64,000 nucleotides of DNA from an uncultured Candidatus Saccharibacteria bacterium (GCA_964561085.1 CAZLNP010000001.1:75335-139334); one strand, 5' to 3'; shown: positions 18,610 to 28,420, numbered from the stretch's first letter. Program-made: numbers and translations. Notes: generated from the sequence alone by a model not told the origin.

Positions 18610-20190
18610 CTAAAATGGTATGTCAGATTCATTTAGTGTATCCAAGGCCGCTTCGTCTGAATCTTCCATGACACCAGAAACAGCATTGACACCACTCTCG
18701 TAAATCTTCGTAAATGTAATCAGTCGTGCGCCGTCCTTATCGCGAGAAACTTTGATTCCGAGCGCCATCAGGTTTGTTGCGACAACTTGCAGTCTACGCC
18801 ATAGCCAATTCGGTGTTTTTGGAAATTCTCTCTGTCTTGTGTCTTGTTTTAGCTTTATTGCCAGTTCTTGAAGCACTAATAGCAAGTCAGTTGGAGTAGC
18901 TTGATAGTGCGTTTTGTTTTCCATGAATGCAATAACAACTTGCGCCACAGGAGAGTCATCAATCGCTTCAGCATTTTGTCTGATTAGGTTTTGAGTTAAC
19001 GCATCTATAAATTCTTCTGCCGTGTGTCCAATCGCAATACTGATAGCACAGCCCCACCGCACAAAATCTGCCATACGGAAGTTGCTTATTTGTTCTGGCA
19101 GTTCCATTCCCGGGTATACTTTAATGGATTTTTGTACTGCTCCAATTATTGCGCCTAAGAGCTGCGGTCGTGCTTGTTCAAACTCTGCCATTAACACACC
19201 TTCTTCTTTATAGTTTTGAGGTCTTTCTAGTTCAATAATTAGTGAACGTTCCAACAAATCAGGTTTACTAACCACAAGATTAATTCCGTTCATGGCAACG
19301 ACACGGCGGAAGCTGTAAATAATATCATCGTCATCTGAATAGAGTTCTCGCTTTGACATACCTTCGCCAGTCACGGTTCTGCATAATAGGTCTGAAAATT
19401 CAGGTTTTATAGGTGATAGATTATCAAGCGGTAAGAAATAATGATGGCTGGCTAACTGCACATACTCTCTGCTGTCGCCATGTGCGGTTAAAGTTTCCAT
19501 TATTGATGGGTCAATTAGCCCACGGAGCAGTTTGAACAAAGTAGTTTTTCTTGACCCTTGCGGTCCGTGAACAACTAATATCGGGTGCGGGAAGTTAGGC
19601 AACACAGACGCTACGAGCCATACAAGCAGTAATAATTTTTGACGTGGTTCTTTCGGAGTAGGAATGAAGTCAAATACTTTTTCTAACTCTGCTCCTGGTA
19701 TAGGTGCAACCTGCAGGCGCTGATGTCCGAATCTGTAAAACAGAATTGGTGCAGGGTCTAGTATTTTCCACTCATCTTTATTTATCAGTACCGCACGACC
19801 ATCACCTAAATCGTAAATTATACCGTTATCAGTTTCAGCAATTCTTACATGTAGCTTTATTTCTTCGCTGTCATGCGTTGCGTGTCCTTCTAGCGTTCTA
19901 ACTGCTGTTTCTATAGTGCCAGACGACACGGCCTTGCCTAATTCATCCCAACCGAGATGCGACAACCATGACTTGAATCCACGCGACCTCAGCTTTAGAG
20001 TCTTATGTCCATTCTCCTCTACAGCTATAAAGCCGTTATCAAACTGGTCATGAAATAGTTTAACGTTTCTGTTCAGTACCAGTTCAACAAGCTGTTCGGT
20101 AAGATTCTTTTCACTATCTGATTCAACTATAGATTCAGCTACAGAATCTTGGGTTTCTTTTTCTATAATTTCGTTTTCTTTGTCTGTCAT
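18610..20190 (-). CDS. Phage/plasmid primase-associated helicase (D5/P4-type P-loop NTPase)
   Basis: Walker A VHGPQGSRKTT about 190 aa from N-terminus, acidic C-terminus; gene order immediately after a primase zinc-finger protein. Confidence 0.6.
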   Translation of the reverse strand: MTDKENEIIEKETQDSVAESIVESDSEKNLTEQLVELVLNRNVKLFHDQFDNGFIAVEENGHKTLKLRSRGFKSWLSHLGWDELGKAVSSGTIETAVRTLEGHATHDSEEIKLHVRIAETDNGIIYDLGDGRAVLINKDEWKILDPAPILFYRFGHQRLQVAPIPGAELEKVFDFIPTPKEPRQKLLLLVWLVASVLPNFPHPILVVHGPQGSRKTTLFKLLRGLIDPSIMETLTAHGDSREYVQLASHHYFLPLDNLSPIKPEFSDLLCRTVTGEGMSKRELYSDDDDIIYSFRRVVAMNGINLVVSKPDLLERSLIIELERPQNYKEEGVLMAEFEQARPQLLGAIIGAVQKSIKVYPGMELPEQISNFRMADFVRWGCAISIAIGHTAEEFIDALTQNLIRQNAEAIDDSPVAQVVIAFMENKTHYQATPTDLLLVLQELAIKLKQDTRQREFPKTPNWLWRRLQVVATNLMALGIKVSRDKDGARLITFTKIYESGVNAVSGVMEDSDEAALDTLNESDIPF

Positions 20191-20193
20191 ATT

Positions 20194-20817
20194 TTATAGT
20201 CCTAGTAAGTACTTGACGGCTTCGGGGAAAGAATAGCCGTGAAGTAACATTATGAATTTAATTGAGTTGCCCCCTTCTTGGCAGCCGAAACACCAACAAG
20301 AATTTGTTTGTGAGTAAACTGTGAATGACGGGCGTTTGTCTTCGTGGAATGGGCATAGCCCTGTGAGATTGTTTCCACTACGCCTTAGTCTGCCGTCGTA
20401 CAAATCAGCTATTGGAATTTGAGTGGCCATTTCTATTTGCTCATCTGTCAATCGTCCTTTAGGCTTCTTGCCACTGGCGACATAAACTTGCCGTCTCAGT
20501 CTTGCTATATGCTTAATTACTTCAAGTAGTTGTAGCCCGTCAGTGTGCTTAACCAATTCTCTGCAAAACCAGTATTCAAAGTCAGTTTTTGTACTGTCAT
20601 ATAATCGTTCCAGTTTCCGCAATATTGATTTCTTGACGGCTTTCTTTACGATTTGCCATTCCTTAATCTTGCTTGGCAGTACAGACTTGATTTCAGGGAA
20701 TATCGATAACAACTCAGCATCTGTATATTTGCGCTTTGAATCCCTATGTTCAGATTCCAGTTCTTCATACATGAGCCACTGCTCATAATCTTTATCGACA
20801 TGACTAGCTTGTGTCAT
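20194..20817 (-). CDS. DnaG-type primase zinc-finger (CHC2) domain protein
   Basis: C-terminal CPFHEDKRPSFTVY...CWCFGCQEGGNSIKF matches the zf-CHC2 consensus; 3-nt gap to the helicase gene. Confidence 0.6.
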   Translation of the reverse strand: MTQASHVDKDYEQWLMYEELESEHRDSKRKYTDAELLSIFPEIKSVLPSKIKEWQIVKKAVKKSILRKLERLYDSTKTDFEYWFCRELVKHTDGLQLLEVIKHIARLRRQVYVASGKKPKGRLTDEQIEMATQIPIADLYDGRLRRSGNNLTGLCPFHEDKRPSFTVYSQTNSCWCFGCQEGGNSIKFIMLLHGYSFPEAVKYLLGL

Positions 20818-21168
20818 CAGTATCTCCTTTCGACTGTTTACAATCGTTATCGAAAATATGAATGACAGCTTCTAAGTAATCTCCGTACTTGTCTAGCACT
20901 TCTTCTATATTCATTTGTTTTCTTTCTGCATAAATGCAAAAAGAGCTTTCTCAAGCAGACAAACAAAACACCCGTTCGGTGATCGTTTATCAACATAAGA
21001 AAGCCCTTCTAGTTTTTACGTATATTCTAGAAGCAGGTGTCGCACCCCCTATACTCAACGGAGCGGTAGGATAGATATACCTCGCTTATCAATGCAGTAC
21101 TGTTTAAAAAGAACTCTTTACTTAATTACTAGGTAATTATAGCAGATTCAAACAACCATGTCAAAAAA

Positions 21169-21501
21169 TTATTTAATAATTTCAAAATCTCTATTGCATT
21201 TAGGGTTAGAGCAGGTGTAGAACTCCGTCAAATTCTTAGAAACAAACCGCATCCCCTGTTTTAAAAGGCCACTCTCATGAAATGGACAATGATAACTTTT
21301 TAGTTCAATTTCAGTATTTAAAGATAAGCTAATTTTCTTGTAAGCAGACTGCTCATCAAAAATTTGTACGGTGAACTCTAAACCACATTTCTCACAAACT
21401 AAATCTAACGCACTATTATCAGTAACTTTATTAAAACGCTTCCGACCCATAGGGTTGCTACATTTTATGCAATAAATTTTCTCTGCTATTTGATTACTCA
21501 T
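21169..21501 (-). CDS. hypothetical double zinc-ribbon protein (110 aa)
   Basis: Four CxxC pairs: CIKC...CEKC and CPFH...CSNPKC. Confidence 0.4.
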   Translation of the reverse strand: MSNQIAEKIYCIKCSNPMGRKRFNKVTDNSALDLVCEKCGLEFTVQIFDEQSAYKKISLSLNTEIELKSYHCPFHESGLLKQGMRFVSKNLTEFYTCSNPKCNRDFEIIK

Positions 21502-21793
21502 ATATATATTGTAGTATTAGTTAACTTCTCTAGACGTGATTTCTTACATTCGGTTAGTACCGAGTGTCCAAGACCCTAAAGCAAGTGACTATAATATAAC
21601 AAAATAACCCCTCTCAGAATAGGCATATAAATACCTATAACCAATACAAAAAGTGTTCTCTGAGGCCATTCTAGGACTTCATGGAATGCTTCAAAGTGCC
21701 TTGTTTATAGTACTTTTAGCTGTAATGGTATATAATTAACCTACAATTCTGCCTAAACCTTCAAGTAATTGAAGGCATGGCGCAATACTAAAC

Positions 21794-21922
21794 CCACTAC
21801 TACATGAAGGCGGCTATCCGTCTTGCTTACCATGTAGTAGTGGTTATCCTTCCGAAAGGTTGGATAAGGCAAGCGGGTAGCCCCTTTTGTTTTTTAAAAT
21901 AATTAAATCCACTACTACAATG
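21794..21922 (+). repeat. iteron-like element: three copies of CCACTACTACA(A)TG (two forming a 13-bp inverted repeat) plus TTATCC/GGATAA hairpin and T-tract
   Basis: Copies at 21794-21806, 21831-21843 (inverted) and 21909-21922 (overlapping the start codon of the downstream ORF). Confidence 0.5.
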
Positions 21923-22477
21923 AAAAAATGCCCATACTGCGCTGAAGAAATGCAGGACGAAGCAGTCGTTTGCAAGCACTGCAAAAAAGATATTCCCAAA
22001 CAAGACAAGCACTTACCAACGAATGTACCCAACTTTAATCCCACATTAAATAATAGAGTTTTAATTGCTATAGTAATTATTATTGCATTGTTATGCCTTT
22101 ACGCCATAATGCGAATGAAGCAAGGCAATACTTCCGTGCCGGCAACCCCGGCAGCAACTACAAATTCAATAAGCAACCAGTCGCTAGAACACAAACTGGC
22201 TTCTATACATTCTAACGACACAGCTCCACCGCAAGAACTGGTTAATCAGTTTAAAGACCAGTTATATAAACTAAGTTTAGTATGTCCGAAAAATACCGAA
22301 CAACAACTAAGCGATTATATCGTGAAAGCACATCAACTAATCACTGAAAAGCGTCCTGTATTTACACTTCTTGAAGTTAGTCAGGGATTTTATACTAGTA
22401 TTCCAAAAACAAATACCACTACAGACTGCGTTGATTACATGACAATATACATGGCTTTAGTCCTAAAAGGTTACTAA
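21920..22477 (+). CDS. hypothetical zinc-ribbon + single-TM membrane protein
   Basis: [23 protein letters not shown] then hydrophobic [17 protein letters not shown]; start re-set from the track TTG to ATG 21920. Confidence 0.45.
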   Translation: MKKCPYCAEEMQDEAVVCKHCKKDIPKQDKHLPTNVPNFNPTLNNRVLIAIVIIIALLCLYAIMRMKQGNTSVPATPAATTNSISNQSLEHKLASIHSNDTAPPQELVNQFKDQLYKLSLVCPKNTEQQLSDYIVKAHQLITEKRPVFTLLEVSQGFYTSIPKTNTTTDCVDYMTIYMALVLKGY

Positions 22478-23010
22478 ACCACTAAAGTAGTATTTTTCTG
22501 CTGATTGTATTCAGCCAACTGTGCCTTCAAATTTTTAACCACTTTTCGTTTTTCTTCAATAGACACATTTGCGTTCAGGTTATGATTATGCGTAATTATA
22601 CTAGCTTCGCCAAACTCGGTACGCTGAATGTCACAGATTACTGAAAATGCACTAGCTATTGTAGCGAGTTCTTTGGGTGCTAGAATATTTTCACTTTTAG
22701 CATACTCGCCAATCATATCTAGTAAATTGCTAGTCATTTCAATACGCTTGTGTTTAGCTGTGGTCATCTGCTCCATAGAGGAAACCACCACGTCCGCATA
22801 GTTCTGTTTTTCGTCTTGGTATACTTGCGCCTTTTCTAGTTCTTGCTTGATTGATTTTTTAAACTTGCTCCAGTTGTGGCGGGAAGCATAAAGTTGCAAC
22901 GCACTGACGGCAATTTGATTTGCATAATCTTTATGAATGTCTATTAAGGATTCACCTTTAATGTAGCGTTCAAATATTTTAGAGTATTCTGCTTTAGGAA
23001 TTCGTGCCAT
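22474..23010 (-). CDS. hypothetical protein (start re-set to MARIPKAEY...), last gene of five-gene cassette
   Basis: ORF from track; overlaps stop of downstream ORF by 4 nt; N-terminal region looks helix-turn-helix-like. Confidence 0.4.
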   Translation of the reverse strand: MARIPKAEYSKIFERYIKGESLIDIHKDYANQIAVSALQLYASRHNWSKFKKSIKQELEKAQVYQDEKQNYADVVVSSMEQMTTAKHKRIEMTSNLLDMIGEYAKSENILAPKELATIASAFSVICDIQRTEFGEASIITHNHNLNANVSIEEKRKVVKNLKAQLAEYNQQKNTTLVV

Positions 23011-23067
23011 AAATTTATAACTTACTATATATCTAAAATATATCAACCTCTGCAGTAAGTACACATC

Positions 23068-23676
23068 TTATTCTATGCCATGTTTATTCTTCCAATCCTT
23101 GAAAAGCTGCTCTGTTCGCTGATGTTGCTCATCTGTTAGTTCCCCTACAATTCCAGACTGTTCTTCTAGGTCAATATTTTTAGAAAGTGTTATATAATCT
23201 TTAACCATTTTTGCCTTAGTTTCTAAATCAAACAGACTATCACCGTTATAAGATAATTCTTTAATTCTGCCGTGGCTTAAACTATCTCTTATGCTTTTTA
23301 TTTTCCATAAGAATTTAGTATGTGCGGTTTTGCCCCTGACTTTCTCTACAAAGAAGATTCTATCGCCGAACGAAATTTCATTCGGTTTATACGCAGGGTG
23401 AGTAGGATCAACTTTCTCCATTTTCAAACCTATATTAGTTCTGATAAAATTGTCCAAATCTTCTGTTGAATTACCCAACATTTCATTAACTACATTAGCC
23501 GCTTGGGTTAAGGTGGAATTTAAATCCTGTTCAACGGTATGACAAAACCAAAAAGCAAATTCAACAGTTAATCTTTCTTCTTTTGAAATCTTAAGCATCG
23601 TATCAGGAATTAAGTTAGCAAAATCCTGACTGCTGTATTGCTTCAATAAATTTTCTAAATCAATTTCTTCAGTCAT
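23068..23676 (-). CDS. HEPN-like protein (Rx4H motif)
   Basis: KIKSIRDSLSHGRIKE contains R-x4-H; 202 aa; start overlaps the upstream DUF4238-like gene by 8 nt. Confidence 0.4.
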   Translation of the reverse strand: MTEEIDLENLLKQYSSQDFANLIPDTMLKISKEERLTVEFAFWFCHTVEQDLNSTLTQAANVVNEMLGNSTEDLDNFIRTNIGLKMEKVDPTHPAYKPNEISFGDRIFFVEKVRGKTAHTKFLWKIKSIRDSLSHGRIKELSYNGDSLFDLETKAKMVKDYITLSKNIDLEEQSGIVGELTDEQHQRTEQLFKDWKNKHGIE

Positions 23677-24547
23677 GCTTAATTTCCTTTGCTAATTTTT
23701 CTAACACTTCTTTATCATTATGGAATAGGTATCTATCACTACGTGATGCTAGTGCTAAATTGATTTCATCTACACTCTTTCCACTAATGGTCGCTATTAA
23801 ATTTTCTTCGTGATCATCTAGCATTAACAAGCATACCTTTGAAGTTATAGGAAATACCTTTATTACTCCTCTAACCAGAAACCCCATAGCGGGCGGCTTC
23901 TTCCCTTCAATAAAAGTCATTACAAACGGCGAACTTGTAGTGATAAAAGAATAATTTTCTGGAGCAAAGCAGTATCGCCATTCTAGGTGCAAAAAATTAG
24001 CTGCGAATTGCACACCTGAATTAACAACCATTTCAAGGTGCTGGTTCTTAAACTTTGTATCCGAATCAAGCAGCTCAGTTAAATTGTCATGTAGTTCCCT
24101 CGCAGAGATACCTGGTGTATCCGATGGCAAGAAATCTGGAGTCTTAACTTCATGTTTTTCCTCCGGAATATCCCATTCTTTCATAATTTCCATGAGTTGA
24201 TTCATTGAATCTCTATTCTGATTCTCATAACTAGGTACTCGCACAAATTGATAAGCAATAAATAGCGCTAATTTATCTTTTTCCAATTGTGTCGGGCGTT
24301 CTTTGTTCTCAATTTTCTCTATTATTGGTTTGATATCGCTTTCCATCTGAGCAAAGTATCTTTCAATGTCATTATTTTTCTCACCTTCATAAACCAAAGA
24401 GTAGTAATTACTAATAACCGCCACGTTTTCAAGTGACGGTGAATAGTATTTATTTTCTAACTTATCGTAGACCCAAACCTTTTCGTTATCGGCAAAACCT
24501 CTTAAATAGGTTTGAGGTACATAGTGGTGTCGTTTAGGTTCGCTCAT
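23669..24547 (-). CDS. DUF4238-like protein
   Basis: N-terminal RHHYVPQTYLRGF and C-terminal FITTSSPFVM match what I recall of the DUF4238 family profile; 292 aa, the typical size. Confidence 0.45.
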   Translation of the reverse strand: MSEPKRHHYVPQTYLRGFADNEKVWVYDKLENKYYSPSLENVAVISNYYSLVYEGEKNNDIERYFAQMESDIKPIIEKIENKERPTQLEKDKLALFIAYQFVRVPSYENQNRDSMNQLMEIMKEWDIPEEKHEVKTPDFLPSDTPGISARELHDNLTELLDSDTKFKNQHLEMVVNSGVQFAANFLHLEWRYCFAPENYSFITTSSPFVMTFIEGKKPPAMGFLVRGVIKVFPITSKVCLLMLDDHEENLIATISGKSVDEINLALASRSDRYLFHNDKEVLEKLAKEIKHD

Positions 24548-24548
24548 T

Positions 24549-25328
24549 TTATATTTTTATCATACGAAAAATTATAAACTCCGGTATTTTATTTAGTCTA
24601 ATATAATCTCTTTCCGAGATTTGCTTCATTCCTTCCAAAGGCTTAGGTTCTAAAAAACGCTCTACCAGAAACCCCGCATTATTTGCTTCATTAATCATCT
24701 CACTAATAGGCTTATGCCAAGTAGTAACATCGGCAAGTGCACCTAAACCGTCAGCCAACTTTCTACGGTCCATATAATTACCAATAATTTCAACGCTCTT
24801 AGGCTGCTTTTGTTTAATAATAGCCAACTGCCTAATCTGCTGGTTATCAGTATCCTCTGTAACGACCATTGCAGTTCTTACTGGATGAGCGCAGGAAAAT
24901 TGAAAATAAGAGTTAGGCTTCAGCACACGATAGGCTTCTTGAAAAACTTTAGTCCAATCTTCGATGTAATGTATTGCGAGGCTCGAATAAACAAAATCAA
25001 AACTATTATCCGGAAAAATTAATTGTTCCATGTTCATAACCTCAAACTTACAGTCAGTATAACTGGCTTCAGCAATTTTAATTAACTCAGGAGATATATC
25101 TATACCCACTGATTCATTTGCTCCTTGTTGTTTCAAGTAAATGCTATCTTCCCCACTCCCACACCCGAGACTTAGTACTCGCTTACCTTTTAAGTCAGGC
25201 AACAAGCTATACATAGCCGGCTTTTCGTAATACGCATGGTATATAGAATCATTTGGGTTGCGCACATGAGCTGTATAACCTACGGCATTATCGTTGTACC
25301 AATTTTTAGTTTTATCGTCAGTAGACAT
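24549..25328 (-). CDS. Class I SAM-dependent methyltransferase (not a DNA N6/C5 MTase by motifs)
   Basis: VLSLGCGSGED motif I, acidic residue after beta2, 259 aa; no DPPY/NPPF or PC motifs. Confidence 0.75.
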   Translation of the reverse strand: MSTDDKTKNWYNDNAVGYTAHVRNPNDSIYHAYYEKPAMYSLLPDLKGKRVLSLGCGSGEDSIYLKQQGANESVGIDISPELIKIAEASYTDCKFEVMNMEQLIFPDNSFDFVYSSLAIHYIEDWTKVFQEAYRVLKPNSYFQFSCAHPVRTAMVVTEDTDNQQIRQLAIIKQKQPKSVEIIGNYMDRRKLADGLGALADVTTWHKPISEMINEANNAGFLVERFLEPKPLEGMKQISERDYIRLNKIPEFIIFRMIKI

Positions 25329-25380
25329 ATTAATTTATTAATAATGTAGATTTAAATTATTTGTCAGTTAATTATCACTC

Positions 25381-26208
25381 TTAAAATAATTCAAACTTGG
25401 TAATTAGATCCTTTGGTATATAAAACTCTGATGAGAATCGTTTGCGAATGCTTTTTGCTTTGGACTTATTCCGTTCAATTATAAGTTTGATTTTCTTCTT
25501 TTCTGTATCGATAGACTGTAAATAAGATTCTAGCGTAGGCATGTCTGGACTTTTTTTATAGCACTCCTCTATTTCAATCGCAAATTTAGGTGAAAAACTA
25601 TTAGTAATAATGTAGTCGCCTATAATGGTCTTATAATTATTAGTGGGAAATAATTTTTTACCAGTTGCTACTTGAACAAACTCATTTTGAATAGTCCTTT
25701 TAACTGCTTTGTCCTGTTCTGAATCTGAACCGATAAGACAAAAAGCCAAAGTTTCATTGCTTTTGAAAGCAGCATAATAATCCAGTTCACTTTTTTTACG
25801 ATTTTTGCCTAAGTAAATCCATATATAATGGAAATTATAGAAAAATACTGGGTTATTTTTCTGCGACTCATGTAGCGGTAAAACCACATTTTTCCATTGC
25901 AAATCGTTGTGAGTCAATGAAGTAAGATGATATGTAATACTTTCTCCTTCTGAAAGATTAATCGTTTTGCCGGTATGCATTTGGGAGCTTACTTTCATTC
26001 GCCATTCCTCATTAAGAAAATATACCTTCCCTCTTTTTATTACAGATTCTGAAGCAACTAGCGAGCGCAAAGCTACATATACTGCTTGAATAGTATAGGT
26101 AGAAGATTCGCTTTTTAATTGTTCCATTAATTCAGTAACGGTTAGCTCAGAACTAATTAAAAGCCTAATTAGTTTATCTTCTAACGTTTCCTTTTGAGTG
26201 AATATCAT
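25381..26208 (-). CDS. hypothetical protein with N-terminal winged-helix-like region
   Basis: ORF from track; first gene of tightly packed minus-strand cassette. Confidence 0.35.
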   Translation of the reverse strand: MIFTQKETLEDKLIRLLISSELTVTELMEQLKSESSTYTIQAVYVALRSLVASESVIKRGKVYFLNEEWRMKVSSQMHTGKTINLSEGESITYHLTSLTHNDLQWKNVVLPLHESQKNNPVFFYNFHYIWIYLGKNRKKSELDYYAAFKSNETLAFCLIGSDSEQDKAVKRTIQNEFVQVATGKKLFPTNNYKTIIGDYIITNSFSPKFAIEIEECYKKSPDMPTLESYLQSIDTEKKKIKLIIERNKSKAKSIRKRFSSEFYIPKDLITKFELF

Positions 26209-26277
26209 GATAATAGTATAACTTAAAAGGCTCAGTTTTTAAAATATTCTTTTAAAAACCTATTATTTCACCACATT

Positions 26278-27003
26278 TTGGTTGAAAAGTCAATAGTTTT
26301 GAGCTATACTGCGCTCATGATAAATAACGAAGTCACAACTCAATACAATAATTTCCACACTGACTACAGTATTCAACTATCCGAACAGGATGAAATTAGC
26401 AATGCTATGTTCCATAAAGCAATCGATTTTGAATTAACTGATAAAAAGCTTTTGGACATAGGCTGTGGGGATGGAAGCGCATTAAAAATGCTAAGTGGTA
26501 AAGGCGCTAGTGTCTATGGAATAGACCCCTCTACGGAATTCTTAAAAAAGGCGGAAATTAATAATCCTACTGGGATATTCAGACAGGGTGTTGGAGAAGC
26601 ACTCCCCTTTGAGGCTAATTACTTCGATGTAGTAGTCTCGAAATGGGCAATGCAAACATCTCCTGATGTGCCTGGAATATTGTCCGAAGCAGCTCGAGTT
26701 CTTAAGCCTGGTGGTATGTTCGTATTTTTAACCAAGCATCCTATTCAACAGTGGCTTGAAAAAATTAGAGATTACGGGCATGGATCTAATTACTACTCAC
26801 AGCAAATTGTTACCTCTAACATCTATGAGGGTACTATTAAGCTAAAAGAACCAACTCATACAATTGGGGAATATCTTAACGCAGACTTCTTTAAGAACTT
26901 TGAGGTTCTTGATTACAAAGAAGAGACTCAATTCCCTGCTTCTGAACAATTCAATAATGATATTTACCCCACCTTCCTTTTGATTAAGGCTCGTAAGAAA
27001 TAA
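26278..27003 (+). CDS. Class I SAM-dependent methyltransferase (UbiE/COQ5-like)
   Basis: LLDIGCGDGS motif I and VLKPGGMFVF; true start may be the ATG near 26316 (MINNEV). Confidence 0.75.
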   Translation: MVEKSIVLSYTALMINNEVTTQYNNFHTDYSIQLSEQDEISNAMFHKAIDFELTDKKLLDIGCGDGSALKMLSGKGASVYGIDPSTEFLKKAEINNPTGIFRQGVGEALPFEANYFDVVVSKWAMQTSPDVPGILSEAARVLKPGGMFVFLTKHPIQQWLEKIRDYGHGSNYYSQQIVTSNIYEGTIKLKEPTHTIGEYLNADFFKNFEVLDYKEETQFPASEQFNNDIYPTFLLIKARKK

Positions 27004-27007
27004 TCAC

Positions 27008-27541
27008 ATGAAAATTGCAATATTTAGTTCGTGGCTTCCAGAAGTCAATGAGTATAACCAAAAACTTGCGATACAAATTGCTGAATATTTAGCCGATAAA
27101 GATATCACGGTTGTCACTGGTGGATGTAGCGGTATTCCCGCAGCAGTCGTTGAAGCAGCGCACAATAAAGGAGTAAAAACTATCGGATACTTCCCACATA
27201 AAAGTAAGGAAGAATACCATGACCGCCAGCACGAAAAAAATATTCATGCTTTAGACTATTATTCAACTGCTCATTTTATTTCCGGTTTTACAGCTCGTAG
27301 CTTAGAAATGATCAAAAATGTAGATGCGGCTATAGTCTTGAACGGTAGGATTGGCACCCTATCAGAATTTGGAATTGCAATCGAGGAAGGTTTACCATTA
27401 GCAGTGATTGAGGGCACTGGCGGTATTACTGATGAATTACGAAATCTTGTAAAAGTAGCTCAAAAAGAATTCCCTAATAACGAGGTAATATTCGAACAAG
27501 ACTACAAAAAAGCTATTGATATGCTAATATCAAACCATTAA
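27008..27541 (+). CDS. LOG/TIGR00725-like Rossmann-fold nucleotide-binding protein (SLOG superfamily)
   Basis: VVTGGCSGIPAAVVEAA glycine-rich motif and ...GRIGTLSEF... typical of LOG-like phosphoribohydrolase fold. Confidence 0.6.
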   Translation: MKIAIFSSWLPEVNEYNQKLAIQIAEYLADKDITVVTGGCSGIPAAVVEAAHNKGVKTIGYFPHKSKEEYHDRQHEKNIHALDYYSTAHFISGFTARSLEMIKNVDAAIVLNGRIGTLSEFGIAIEEGLPLAVIEGTGGITDELRNLVKVAQKEFPNNEVIFEQDYKKAIDMLISNH

Positions 27542-27544
27542 TAC

Positions 27545-27576
27545 AAAACGGTCCAATTCAGGACCGTTTTTGTTTT
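27545..27576. terminator. bidirectional intrinsic terminator (LOG-like / HAD convergent pair)
   Basis: AAAACGGTCC-AATTCA-GGACCGTTTT perfect hairpin then TTGTTTT; overlaps last codons of the HAD gene. Confidence 0.6.
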
Positions 27577-28241
27577 GATTCAAAAATTTCAGTTAACTCT
27601 GCCAAAGAAGATATAAACTTGTCTGGCTCCGCACTATCCGGAATAGGAATGATTTCACGTTTATACAATATCGTGCTCAAGCCTAACAATTTGGCTTGAA
27701 GTAATCCCCTATACCAATTATCATCTATTAAAACGCTTTCAGATGGCAATGCACCCGAATCTTTCAATATTTCTAAATAAAAATTCGGGTCGGGTTTTTG
27801 CAGTCCAATGTGTCCTGACATTTTTTGATGGGAAAAATATTGCAACAAACCAGCATCTTCTAATACATTACCAGCTTTAACATTTTGGTTGGCCATAATT
27901 CCCAAGTTAAAAGATTTGCTCAATCCTGAAAGCACCTCCATCGCTTCAGGACGAACTTTCGATAAACCATAATAATCTACATTACATTCGTTGTTGTATA
28001 CTAACTCAGCTTCTTCTTTAAGTTTAGAGTCCTTAAATAGATAATGTAAGGCATTAATCCTAACGCTCCCAGGTTGCTGAGATGCAAACAGCCAAGCTTC
28101 GTAGATATTTGCCATAGTTATATTAGGCAAATACCGCTGTGCTACATTGAACAAAATTTCTTGTCGTAATGTCTCTGGCTTCGTATCATCTAGGATAACG
28201 CCTCCCATATCAAAGAATAGCCATTTGATGTTTTCTTTCAT
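27558..28241 (-). CDS. HAD-superfamily hydrolase
   Basis: FDMGGVI (motif I DxG), ...LIDDN (motif IV) and GHIGLQKPD region. Confidence 0.75.
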   Translation of the reverse strand: MKENIKWLFFDMGGVILDDTKPETLRQEILFNVAQRYLPNITMANIYEAWLFASQQPGSVRINALHYLFKDSKLKEEAELVYNNECNVDYYGLSKVRPEAMEVLSGLSKSFNLGIMANQNVKAGNVLEDAGLLQYFSHQKMSGHIGLQKPDPNFYLEILKDSGALPSESVLIDDNWYRGLLQAKLLGLSTILYKREIIPIPDSAEPDKFISSLAELTEIFESKQKRS

Positions 28242-28319
28242 GCAATTAGTATACCATCTTCAATTAAAGGTATGACACCAGAGACACCATTTTTGTCATA
28301 ATATATATTCTATTAACCA

Positions 28320-28420
28320 ATCCACATGGAATCACCAGAGGTCATCGTGGTAACTCTAGGATAATCTTAGAACTCACCACTATGATTGAGTTTTGGATTT
28401 TACCGAAAAGTTTTGAAAAC
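28320..28420. repeat. intergenic repeat element, copy A (shares three blocks with copy B at 30530-30760)
   Basis: CCACATGGAATCACC / GGTCATCGTGGTAACTCTAGGA / GAGTTTTGGATTTTACCGAAAAGTTTTGAAAAC recur, partly permuted, at 30532-30557, 30686-30720 and 30720-30737. Confidence 0.5.

Noticed and set aside
20814-20927. 37-codon minus-strand uORF overlapping the start of the CHC2 zinc-finger gene
   Set aside because: Too short and unsupported to call as a gene; mentioned only as possible translational coupling.
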